From NCBI GenBank assembly GCA_964016885.1, contig OZ024765.1:8246001-8310000 (forward strand): a DNA stretch of 64,000 nucleotides, read 5' to 3'. The notes under the pieces are model-generated. The model did no database searches. It was not told the DNA's origin and saw only the letters and a list, made by a program, of their open reading frames with translations. Shown piece by piece: positions 52,811 through 64,000 of the stretch. How positions within the stretch are numbered: position 1 is the first letter of the stretch; every line of letters starts with the position of its first letter. Source of the DNA: Eledone cirrhosa. Lineage: Eukaryota. A program made the translations under genes and the position numbers.

Positions 52811-53395
52811 GAATAAAGTGGTCCTTCATCAGTGATCTTCCAACCATCATCGGTATTTCTTCACTTTAAAGACCATATACCTCCGGTTGGTGCGAGCAAC
52901 GGCTAAAGAAAGTCATTGGGACATGTAAATAAAGGGAACAGCGAGAGTGTAAACAAACAAAGATGGTAAAGCAACGAAAAGTGAGGAAGAACGAGTCAAG
53001 TCCAAAAATTTCCATGAATATAAGTTCGGTGAAATCGTGAACGAGAGAAAATAAAGACCATCAAACAGGGTTGAAATGTGAGCAAGGAAGGAATTTCGCA
53101 CAGGTCTAACGGGAGAAAGAAGGGGTCTAGTCTGTGAATTCGGTAAACATAAGTTCTGTGAAATCGTAGACGAGAGAGAGAGAAAAAATGCCGACCGGTT
53201 TTGGACTTGACTCGCTCTTCCTCACTTTTCGTTGCTTTACCATCTTTGTTTGTTTACACTCTCACTGTTCCCTTTATTTACATGTGCCAACGACTTTCTT
53301 TAGCCGTTGCTAGCACAAACCGGAGGTATATGGTCTTTAAAGCGAAGAAATACCGATGATGGTTGGAAGATCACTGATGAAGGACCTCTTTATTC
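52811..53395. mobile_element. ~197 bp inverted repeat pair, Penelope-like, with half-hammerhead ends
   Basis: 52811-53007 is the reverse complement of 53199-53395; CTGATGAaggac at 53374. Confidence 0.7.
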
Positions 53396-53569
53396 ATATG
53401 TAACCCATTTGCAACTTCGCAGCACGTTTATTCTCATATTTATATATATATATATATAGGAACGAGTAGAGGTCCTACTCGTTCCTATTACCCACTCTAC
53501 TACCCTATGTATTGAGTACTTTGGTGCGTTATGGTCCACCTGGTTCCTTACCACATTTCTTCCGTTATA

Positions 53570-53684
53570 TATATATAGCATATATATATATATATATCAT
53601 ATATATATAGCATATATATATATATATCATATATATATAGCATATATATATATATATGTATATATATATACATATATATATAGC

Positions 53685-53719
<35 letters not shown>

Positions 53720-54315
53720 TATAGCATATATATATATAGCATATATATATATATATAGCATATATATATATAGCATATATATAGCATATATATATATAGC
53801 ATATATATAGCATATATATATATAGCATATATATATATAGCATATATATATATAGCATATATATATATATATAGCATATATATAGCATATATATATATAT
53901 ATAGCATATATATATATATAGCATATATATATATATATAGCATATATATATATATAGCATATATATATATATAGCATATATATATATATAGCATATATAT
54001 ATATATAGCATATATATATATATAGCATATATATATATATAGCATATATATATATATAGCATATATATATATATAGCATATATATATATACCATATATAT
54101 ATAGCATATATATATATAGCATATATATATATACCATATATATATATAGCATATATATATATATATATATATAGCATATATATATATATATAGCATATAT
54201 ATATATATCATATATATAGAGCATATATATATATATCATATATATAGAGCATATATATATATATCATATATATAGAGCATATATATATAGCATATCATAT
54301 ATATATATATCATAT
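53570..54315. repeat. ((TA)nGCA) microsatellite
   Basis: Direct inspection. Confidence 0.9.
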
Positions 54316-55550
54316 ATTGATTTCAGCAAGGCCTTTGACAGGGTTGATCATAACATTCTACTGAGAAAGCTGTCCAATATTGGTGTCACTGGAAAGCTGC
54401 TGCAGTGGATCAAGAGCTTCCTGTCAAACAGAACCCAACATGTTGTAGTTGAGGGAGTCAAATCAAGCCCAGCCAAAGTCAGTAGTGGAGTCCCACAAGG
54501 CACTGTGTTGGGCCCACTTCTCTTCATCATCTATATTAATGACATCACTGACATCATCAAACACAGCAACATTAAAATTTTCGCTGATGATTCCAAGCTC
54601 CAAAAGGTCATCAATGGCGTGGATGACCGGATAAGCCTTCAGTCAGACCTACTGGCTGTTACCCAATGGGCAGAAAAGAACAACATGTTACTGAACGAAG
54701 ACAAATTCGAACTGATCCACTTTGGAAAAGAGGATGCTCTGAAACTCCCGTACTCCCTTCCCTCCGGGGAAACTCTCGTGGCATCTAACAACATCAGAGA
54801 CTTGGGAGTAACCGTGGACAGCAACATAAGCTGGACCACGCATATAAGCAGCAAAGTTGACATGGCCCGCAGAATGTGTTCCTGGATCCTCAGAACCTTC
54901 CAGTCGAGAGATTCCCGCACCATTATCCTTCTCTTCTCTACTTTCGCCCGACCACACCTTGAATACTGTTGTCCACTGTGGTCTCCCCACACGAAACAAA
55001 GTATCATGAAACTTGAAGCTCCTCAAAGGGCAATCACGAAAAAGATAGATGGCATGTCAGACCTTGACTACTGGGGTCGATTGGAAAACCTGAAACTTTA
55101 CTCACTCCAACGTCGCCGTGAGCGTTATATTATCTGCATGATGTGGAAAATGTTCCATCATCACTGCCCAAATGATGTTGGCATCGCCTTCAAGATACAC
55201 CCAAGGCTTGGGCCCCGTGCTATCCGTCCCATTCAAAAATCTAAATCGCAACTCATAACAACAATACGGCACAATTATTTCACCTCAATCGGCCCTGCTC
55301 TCTTCAACATCACACCAGGACACGTCAAAACAGAAACTGACCACACAAAATTCAAGAAGTCTTTGGACAAATTCCTCCAAGTAATCCCGGACAAACCACC
55401 CACACCCGGATATGTCTCCGCAAACAGTAATTCTCTTCTCGAATGGGCCATGGTGCCCAAATCCTGAATTGAAAGACTTCGCCAGGTGGTGCTATTAAGT
55501 TAGACATGGCCTGGGCCAATACTGGCCAAAACATTTCAAAGTTATTCAAA
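54316..55550 (+). mobile_element. 5'-truncated CR1-group LINE with open RT C-terminal frame
   Basis: DFSKAFDRVDH, GVPQGTVLGPLLF, FADD, RDLGV, RPHLEYC; stop at 55467. Confidence 0.93.
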
Positions 55551-55729
55551 GTTATATATAGAGCATATATATATAGCATATCATATATATATATAGCATA
55601 GCATAGCATATATATATAGCATATCATATATATATAGAGATTATACCATATATATAGAGAGATTTTACATGTATATAGAGATTATACCATATATATATAG
55701 AGATTTTACATATATATATAGAGATTTTG

Positions 55730-56717
55730 CACAGAGGGTTCTATAGAAATAGTGGACAGCTTCCGTTACCTGGGTGACAAAATCAGCAGTGGGGGAGGGT
55801 GCTCTGAAAGTACAGTAGCTAGAGTCAGAACTGGATGGAAAAAGTTCAGAGAGCTTATACCACTATTAGCCGCTAAAGGGTTCTCCCTAAAAATGAAAGG
55901 CAGGCTGTATGATGCCTGCATACGAACAGCAATGTTGCACGGCAGTGAGACCTGGGCATTGTGTGCAGAGGATATACGCAGACTAGAGAGGAACGAAGCT
56001 TGCATGCTCCGCTGGATGTGTAATAGTAATATACGTGAACGGCAAAGCATTAACGAACTAATGGAAAAATTAGAAGTAAGAGGGATCAGATGTTGTTTAC
56101 TCGAGAGAAGGCTACGTTGGTATGGTCATGTGATGCGCATGAAAGACGATAGTTGTATAACAAAGTGCAGGGCAATAAAGATAGATGGTAGCCACGGAGT
56201 AGGCAGACCCAGAAAAACCTGGGACGACTTGATAAATTCCGACCTCACACACTTACACCTCTCCAAGACAATGTCACTGGACCGAGACCTTTGGCGGTAC
56301 TCAGTAATAGAGAAGACCCGCCTTACCTAAATACAAAGTAAAACCTACTACAGTCAGTAGGCGCCTCTAACAAAATATACCCCCGTCCCACTACCCCCAC
56401 CCCATCCATACCGCCCCCTTCTATGTAAAGTTATGTTGGTGACACACCATCCAGGCCGAAACAAATGAAGTCGTGTAGGTGTCACGACAAAAAAACACAC
56501 AGTCCACGCTGTAATGTGGCCGTGTAGGCAACACGGTAAAAACCTCCCAGTTCCACACTGTAAATGTGGTTGGTGTTAGGAAGGGCATCCAGCTGTAGAA
56601 AACCCGCCAGACAGTCCTATGCGAGCAAGACAACCACTGTTGCCTCAAGTGGGAAAACTCCCGTCCAAACCCATGCAAGCATGGAATATGGATGTTAAAC
56701 GATGATGATGATGATGA
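55730..56717 (+). mobile_element. 5'-truncated RTE LINE with 3' UTR
   Basis: FRYLG...MLHGSETW...RRLRWYGHVMRM; (GAT)n tail. Confidence 0.93.
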
Positions 56718-56762
56718 TATATATAGCATTATATATATATAGCATTATATATATATAGCATT

Positions 56763-56950
56763 GGGCGGTGGATTGGCAGTATCGGTAGAGGGTCGGACGC
56801 CATGTTTTCCAGCATAGTTACGTCCCTTTACGATCTGAGTTCAAATCCCGCCGAGGTTGACTTTGCCTTTCATCCTTACGGGGTCGATAAAATAAAGTAC
56901 CAGTAATGCACTGGGCAATTGCTGGCCTTGTGCCAAACGTAGAAACAATT
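56763..56950 (+). mobile_element. Meta-domain (OR-like) tRNA SINE
   Basis: tggcagtatcggtaga A box, gagttcaaatc B box, Meta core. Confidence 0.85.
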
Positions 56951-57559
56951 ATATATATATAGCATTATATATATATAGCATTATATATATATAGCATTAT
57001 ATATATATAGCATTATATATATATATATAGCATATATATATATATATATATAGCATATATATATATATATATATATATATAGCATATATATATATATATA
57101 TACCATATATATATATATATAGCATATATATATATTAAATGGAACAAGACCGTGTAATCCATGCTAACGTGGAAGATGGACATTAAACGATGGTGATTAG
57201 CAAGATACCAATCCATCAGCCTGTGTGGTAGGTCAGTAGCCTCGCTTCAGTCCTGACTTGGTCTTTGTAGGCATGTCCAACCCTTGCTCGCAGAGAAAGC
57301 AGACATTAAACGCTGACTACAATGATGATAATGGTTATAAAATAGCCAGTGTTGTGTTGTTTTAGATGTCTTTCATCTGGGATGGGCTAAACAGCAGCAA
57401 CAACATATTTCTCATAACTTGCCATTTTTTTTTCTCATACTGCTTAAAGAAGTCGATGTAAATGAGAAAAGCAACAGTGGGGACTTTATTTGAAGCAAAA
57501 TATAAACGAGAATAAATAAACCAATGTGTGTGTGTGTTGCTTTGTGGAGTTGGTGCAGG

Positions 57560-57737
57560 TAGTTGTTACATTACACCTAATGTTCCCCCTCCATACACAT
57601 ACACACATGTATACCATGACTCATACTCTATTCACTTCCCCGACATTTGCCTATTATTCTATGTACTATGCATGCACCTTTGACGAGTTGTCGTGCACCT
57701 GAGCACTGTACACAATAATTTCATTATTATTATTATT
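57560..57737 (+). mobile_element. CR1-group LINE 3' tail
   Basis: gtgcacctgagcactgtacacaataatttc(att)n; also at 14130-14285 and 60040-60212 (minus). Confidence 0.75.
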
Positions 57738-57774
57738 GTGTGTGTCTTTCATATTAATAAGGTCCTGCGTTTGA

Positions 57775-58150
57775 TCTCACTGGCATTTACCATGGAATGT
57801 CCCGTGAGGTGTCTTTCACATGTGGCATTTTCCACGGAAGGTTGTGTGAGGTGTCTTGTACATGTGACATTTACCATTGGACATGTGGCATTTACCGCTG
57901 ATGGTCCTGAGTTTGGTTTCACTGTCGGGTGTCTTGCACATGTGGCATTTACCATGGAAAGTCCTGAGAGGTGTCTTGCACATGTGACATTTAACACGGA
58001 AGGTCGTGTGGTGTGTCTTGCACATGTGGCATTTACCGCGGAAGGTCGTGCAGGGTGTCTTGGACATGTGGCATTTACCATTGGACATGTGGCATTTAAC
58101 ACTGGAGGTCCTGTGTTTGATCTCACTGTGGGGTGTTTTGCATATGTGTC
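57775..58150. repeat. Degenerate ~42 bp tandem repeat rich in CATGTG E-boxes
   Basis: gtcttgcacatgtggcatttacc recurs about 9-10 times. Confidence 0.75.
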
Positions 58151-58193
58151 ATTTGAAATAAACTAAAATTAAGAGTTCCTTTGAAGGGTCTTT

Positions 58194-60010
58194 GGAATAA
58201 CATTACTTGAGAGAGTGAATAGCTCGGAGATGAGAGTCACTCCAGTTAGAGCTGCTACTTCTCTGAATTGAGAGATCACAGCTGTGATACTATGGACATG
58301 TGGTTAGAATATCTCAGGAAAGAATCACTGGACAGATTTGTAGCTCGGAGATCAGAGAGTCACTCCAGGTAGAACTGCTACTTCTCTGAATTGAGAGATC
58401 ACAGCTGTGATACTATGGACATGTGGTTAGAATATCTCAGGAAAGAATCACTGGACAGATTTGTAGCTCGGAGATCAGAGAGTCACTCCAGGTAGAACTG
58501 CTACTTCTCTGAATTGAGAGATCACAGCTGTGATACTATGGACATGTGGTTAGAATATCTCAGGAAAGAATCACTGGACAGATTTGTAGCTCAGAGATCA
58601 GAGAGTCACTCCAGGTAGAGCTGCTACTTCTCTGAATTGAGAGATCACAGCTCTGATACTATGGACATGTGGTTAGAATGTCTCAGGAAAGAATCACTGG
58701 AGATATTTGTAGCTCGGAGATCAGAGAGTCACTCCAGCTAGAGCTGGTACTTCTCTGAATTGAGAGATCACAGCTCTGATACTATGGACATGTGGTTAGA
58801 ATGTCTCAGGAAAGAATCACTGGAGATATTTGTAGCTCGGAGATCAGAGAGTCACTCCAGGTAGAGCTGCTACTTCTCTGAATTGAGAGATCACAGCTCT
58901 GATACTATGGACATGTGGTTAGAATGTCTCAGGAAAGAATCACTGGACAGATTTGTAGCTCGGAGATCAGAGAGTCACTCCAGGTAGAGCTGGTACTTCT
59001 CTGAATTGAGAGATCACAGCTCTGATACTATGGACATGTGGTTACAATGTCTCAGGAAAGAATCACTGGACAGATTTGTAGCTCAGAGATGAGAGAGTCA
59101 CTCCAGGTAGAGCTGCTACTTCCCCAAATTAAGAGATCACAGCTCTGATACTATGGACATGTGGTTAGAATGTCTCAGGAAAGAATCACTGGACAGATTT
59201 GTAGCTCAGAGATCAGAGAGTCACTCCAGGTAGAGCTGCTACTTCTCCAAATTAAGAGATCACAGCTCTGATACTATGGACATGTGGTTAGAATGTCTCA
59301 GGAAAGAATCACTGTAGAAATTTGTAGCTCGGAGATCAGAGAGTCACTCCAGGTAGAGCTGCTACTTCTCCAAATTAAGAGATCACAGCTCTGATACTAT
59401 GGACATGTGGTTAGAATGTCTCAGGAAAGAATCACTGGACAGATTTGTAGCTCAGAGATGAGAGAGTCACTCCAGGTAGAGCTGCTACTTCCCCAAATTA
59501 AGAGATCACAGCTCTGATACTATGGACATGTGGTTAGAATGTCTCAGGAAAGAATCACTGGACAGATTTGTAGCTCAGAGATCAGAGAGTCACTCCAGGT
59601 AGAGCTGCTACTTCTCCAAATTAAGAGATCACAGCTCTGATACTATGGACATGTGGTTAGAATGTCTCAGGAAAGAATCACTGGACAGATTTGTAGCTCA
59701 GAGATTGGAGAGTCACTCCAGGTAGAGCTGCTACTTCTCTGAATTGAGAGATCACAGCTCTGATACTATGGACATGTGGTTAGAATGTCTCAGGAAAGAA
59801 TCACTGGACAGATTTTACAGACAAAACCAACCGGCAAGAGACTCGGGCGTAGATCTTCAGTAAGATGGGTAACATCCATGACCTTCGCTGGTCTGGCTTG
59901 GGGATCCAGCTGGATCAGTTGGAGACAGTTGCTTTTGACAGGACCTGCTGGAAGGAGTGTTTGAGGACTCTTCTCCCACGAGCCCCTCGGGGAATAAATG
60001 GACAAAGAAG
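58194..60010 (+). mobile_element. RTE-type LINE fragment with internal 123 bp tandem array (~13 copies, 58221-59815)
   Basis: Unit translates SSEIRESLQVELLLL*IERSQL*YYGHVVRMSQERITGQI; LINE sequence continues on both flanks. Confidence 0.88.
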
Positions 60011-60208
60011 ATGTGGTAGAGGCTGTTAAGAGTTATTAAAATAATAATAATAATAATAATGAAATTATTGTGTAAAGTGCTCAGGTGCACTACAACTCGT
60101 CAATATAGTACATAGAATAATACACAAATGTCAGGGAAGTACATGTGTGTATGTGTTAGCTGTAGTGTTGGCGGATCTCGGGAAGCATGGAGGCCTTAAA
60201 GGATGCAG

Positions 60209-60239
<31 letters not shown>

Positions 60240-60288
60240 GTCTCTCTCTATTTACTTTATCTGATTCATATCTCATCTCTTTCCACAG

Positions 60289-60429
60289 GTACATCCGCAA
60301 CACAATCTCAGAACATCAAATATTGATGCAGATCAACCCTGGAGATAGCCCCATGCCATTGAATCCCACCCATGCCACCCTCACCATTGAAAGACAGGAT
60401 CCACAAACACAAGCGAAAGAAGTGAAACG
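60289..60429 (+). CDS. MTF1: MTF-1 exon preceding the zinc fingers
   Basis: (G)YIRNTISEHQILMQINPGDSPMPLNPTHATLTIERQDPQTQAKEVK(R) aligns with the vertebrate MTF-1 INPGSTPMP...ATLT...KEVKR region; AG/GT boundaries. Confidence 0.93.
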
Positions 60430-60444
60430 GTTAGTTTTAACCCT

Positions 60445-61590
60445 TTACCATTTACATTACTCTATATATACTATTGTATTGTCACAGTAAAGGCTTTACC
60501 TCACATAATATCTCACATAACATTTACATTACTCTATATATACTATTGTATTGTCACAGTAAAGGCTTTACCTCACATAATATCTCACATAACATTTACA
60601 TTACTCTATATATACTATTGTATTGTCACAGTAAAGGCTTTACCTCACATAATATATCACATAACATTTACATTACTCTATATATACTATTGTATTGTCA
60701 CAGTAAAGGCTTTACCTCACATAATATCTCACATAACATTTACATTACTCTATATATACTATTGTATTGTCACAGTAAAGGCTTTACCTCACATAATATC
60801 TCACATAACATTTACATTACTCTATATATACTGTTGTATTGTCACAGTAAAGGCTTTACCTCACATAATATCTCACATAACATTTACATTACTCTATATA
60901 TACTATTGTATTGTCACAGTAAAGGCTTTACCTCACATAATATCTCACATAACATTTACATTACTCTATATATACTATTGTATTGTCACAGTAAAGGCTT
61001 TACCTCACATAATATCTCACATAACATTTACATTACTCTATATATACTATTGTATTGTCACAGTAAAGGCTTTACCTCACATAATATATCACATAACATT
61101 TACATTACTCTATATATACTATTGTATTGTCACAGTAAAGGCTTTACCTCACATAATATCTCACATAACATTTACATTACTCTATATATACTATTGTATT
61201 GTCACAGTAAAGGCTTTACCTCACATAATATCTCACATAACATTTACATTACTCTATATATACTGTTGTATTGTCACAGTAAAGGTTTACCTCACATAAT
61301 ATCTCACATAACATTTACATTACTCTATATATACTATTGTATAGTCACAGTAAAGGCTTTACCTCACATAATATCTCACATAACATTTACATTACTCTAT
61401 ATATACTATTGTATTGTCACAGTAAAGACTTTACCTCACATAATATATCACATAACATTTACATTACTCTATAGATACTATTGTATTTTCACAGTAAAGA
61501 CTTTACCTCACATAATATCTCACATAACATTTACATTTCTCTATATATACTATTGTATTTTCACAGTAAAGGCTTTACCTCACATAATGT
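60445..61590 (+). repeat. 72 bp MITE-derived tandem array (~16 copies)
   Basis: Starts at a taaccctt TIR ~8 nt after the MTF-1 donor and fills the intron. Confidence 0.93.
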
Positions 61591-61659
61591 GATTTAAACA
61601 ATGATGGTGATATATATATATCTATATACACATATATTTATCTTTATTTTTCTTTCCAG

Positions 61660-61739
61660 ATTCCGGTGTACCTTTACTGGTTGTACGCGTACATACAGTA
61701 CTGCGGGTAACTTGAAAACACATCAGAAAACTCATAAGG
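61660..61739 (+). CDS. MTF1: MTF-1 zinc finger 1 exon (gene continues beyond the window)
   Basis: [27 protein letters not shown], diagnostic MTF-1 finger 1; phase-compatible with the previous exon. Confidence 0.96.
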
Positions 61740-61904
61740 GTAGGCGCCTTTTGATCTTGTTCAATTCCCAGGCTGGGCTGTTTGTTGTGTCCTTGAGCAA
61801 GACACTGCATTTCACATTGCTCCACTTCACTCAGATGTAGAAATGAGTTGTAATGTCACTGGTGCCAAGTTGTATCGGTCATTGCATTTCCCTTGGATGT
61901 CATC

Positions 61905-62760
61905 ATATATATTGTATAATGTACATAGTGTACAGTATATATATTGTATATAGTGTATATATAATGTATATAGTCTATATATATTGTATATAGTGTATAT
62001 ATAATGTACATAGTGTACAGTATATATATTGTATATATAATGTATATAGTCTATATATATTGTATATAGTGTATATATAATGTACATAGTGTACAGTATA
62101 TATATTGTATATAGTGTATATATATTGTATATAGTGTATATATATTGTATATAGTGTATATATATTGTATATAGTGTATATATAATGTATATAGTGTATA
62201 TATATTGTATATAGTGTATATATAATGTATATAGTGTATATACATTGTATATAGTGTATATACATTGTATATAGTGTATATATAATGTATATACTGTTTA
62301 TATATTGTATATAGTGTATATATATTGTATATAGTGTATATATAATGTATATAGTGTATATATAATGTATATAGTGTATATATATTGTATATAGTGTATA
62401 TATATTGTATAGAGTGTATATATAATGTATATAGTGTATATATAATGTATATAGTGTATATATATTGTATATAATGTATATAGTGTATATATATTGTATA
62501 TAATGTATATAGTGTATATATATTGTATATAATGTACATAGTATATATATAGTGTATATATAATGTATATATAATGTATATATGTATATACAGTATATTG
62601 TACATAGTATATATATATAGTGTATATAGCATATATATAGTGTATATATTGTACATAGTGTATATAGCATATATATAGTGTATATAGTGTATATATAATG
62701 TACATATAGTGTATATATATCATATATAATTCTCTTGGAAAACTATATATATATATATAT
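61905..62760. repeat. ~20 bp AT-rich minisatellite
   Basis: atattgtatatagtgtatat repeated. Confidence 0.9.
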
Positions 62761-62804
62761 ATAATCATCATCATCATCATCATTTAATGTCCATCTTCTA
62801 TGCT

Positions 62805-63912
62805 TGTAAAGTGATCATGTAGGTGTCACAACAAAAAACTCCCAGTCCACACTCTAAAGTGGTCATGTAGGTGTCGCAACAAAAAGTACCCAGTCCACAC
62901 TGTAAAGTGGTCACGTAGGTGTCACAACAAAAAACTCCCAGTCCACTCTGTAAAGTGGTCATGTAGGTGTCACAACAAAAAACTCCCAGTCCACTCTGTA
63001 AAGTGGTCATGTAGGTGTCACAACAAAAAACTCCCAGTCCACTCTGTAAAGTGGTCATGTAGGTGTCACAACAAAAAACTCCCAGTCCACTCTGTAAAGT
63101 GGTCACGTAGGTGTCACAACAAAAAACTCCCAGTCCACTCTGTAAAGTGGTCATGTAGGTGTCACAACAAAAAACTCCCAGTCCACTCTGTAAAGTGGTC
63201 ATGTAGGTGTCACAACAAAAAACACCCAGTCCACTCTGTAAAGTGGTTGTGTAGGTGTCATGACAAAAAGCACCCAGTCCACTCTGTAAAGTGGTCATGT
63301 AGGTGTCACAACAAAAAACACCCAGTCCACACTGTAAAGTGGTCATGTAGGTGTCACAACAAAAAACTCCCAGTCCACTCTGTAAAGTGGTCATGTAGGT
63401 GTCACAACAAAAAACTCCCAGTCCACTCTGTAAAGTGGTCATGTAGGTGACGCAACAAAAAGCACCCAGTCCTCACTGTAAAGTGGTCATGTAGGTGTCA
63501 CAACAAAAAACACCTAGTCCATTCTGTAAAGTAGTCGTGTAGGTGTCACAATAAAACACAGCCAGTCCACTCTGTAAAGTGGTCATGTAGGTGTCACAAC
63601 AAAAAACACCCAGTCCACTCTGTAAAGTGGTTGTGTAGGTGTCATGACAAAAAGCACCCAGTCCACTCTGTAAAGTGGTCATGTAGGTGTCACAACAAAA
63701 AACACCCAGTCCACACTGTAAAGTGGTCATGTAGGTGTCACAACAAAAAACACCCAGTCCACACTAATGTGGTCATGTAGGTGTCACAACAAAAAACACC
63801 CAGTCCACACTGTAAAGTGGTCATGTAGGTGTCACAACAAAAAACACCCAGTCCACACTGTAAAGTGGTCATGTAGGTGTCACAACAAAAAACACCCAGT
63901 CCACACTGTAAA
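62805..63912 (+). repeat. 48 bp SINE/RTE-UTR-derived tandem array (~23 copies)
   Basis: Same unit as 30275; runs directly into the ggaagggcatccagcc SINE tail. Confidence 0.92.
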
Positions 63913-64000
63913 TGTGTTCGGAAGGGCATCCAGCCATAGAAACCAAGCCAGCATCAGTTCTGTATGAGCAAGATATGGTCATCTAATCTAACCTATCTCA

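Noticed and set aside
57816-58088. Repeated KCHMCK motif resembling a multiheme or zinc-binding protein
   Set aside because: Short repeat-derived ORF antisense in an intron; lacks CxxCH and gene structure
60474-61592. His/Cys-rich YCHSKGFTSH repeat ORF next to MTF-1
   Set aside because: Translation of the MITE-derived 72 bp satellite; the flanking exons splice in phase across it
62798-63929. Cys-rich, metallothionein-looking ORFs ([19 protein letters not shown])
   Set aside because: Translations of the 48 bp SINE-derived array, also present in RPS4 intron 5

Overview
Repeat-dense animal genomic DNA. The SINE, LINE and microsatellite content is typical of a coleoid cephalopod (Octopus-like); this taxon call is an inference. 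There are two real protein-coding genes, arranged head-to-head about 0.8 kb apart. (1) A complete 7-exon 40S ribosomal protein S4 gene (RPS4/eS4) on the minus strand, ATG at 48052 to stop at 27137, 263 aa. (2) The 5' part of the zinc-sensing transcription factor MTF-1 on the plus strand, from 48878 and running off the window, with an unusual N-terminal array of 21 His/Gln/Asp-rich decapeptides. RPS4 intron 3 holds three H/ACA snoRNA copies whose 5' pocket fits the 28S site of SNORA16/snR46. Two of them arose by a ~2 kb tandem duplication that also copied half of exon 3. Those two copies each adjoin a 65-67 bp minisatellite grown from the snoRNA's own 5' end, carrying about 40 near-perfect 12-nt 28S-antisense motifs in total. 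This is a candidate sno-lncRNA system. The rest is RTE and CR1-type LINE fragments, tRNA-derived SINEs, MITEs, Penelope-like remnants with minimal hammerhead ribozymes, fold-back repeats, and many tandem arrays amplified from inside dispersed repeats. Nearly all listed ORFs are microsatellite artefacts. No CRISPR, rRNA or tRNA genes were found. Repeat boundaries are approximate.
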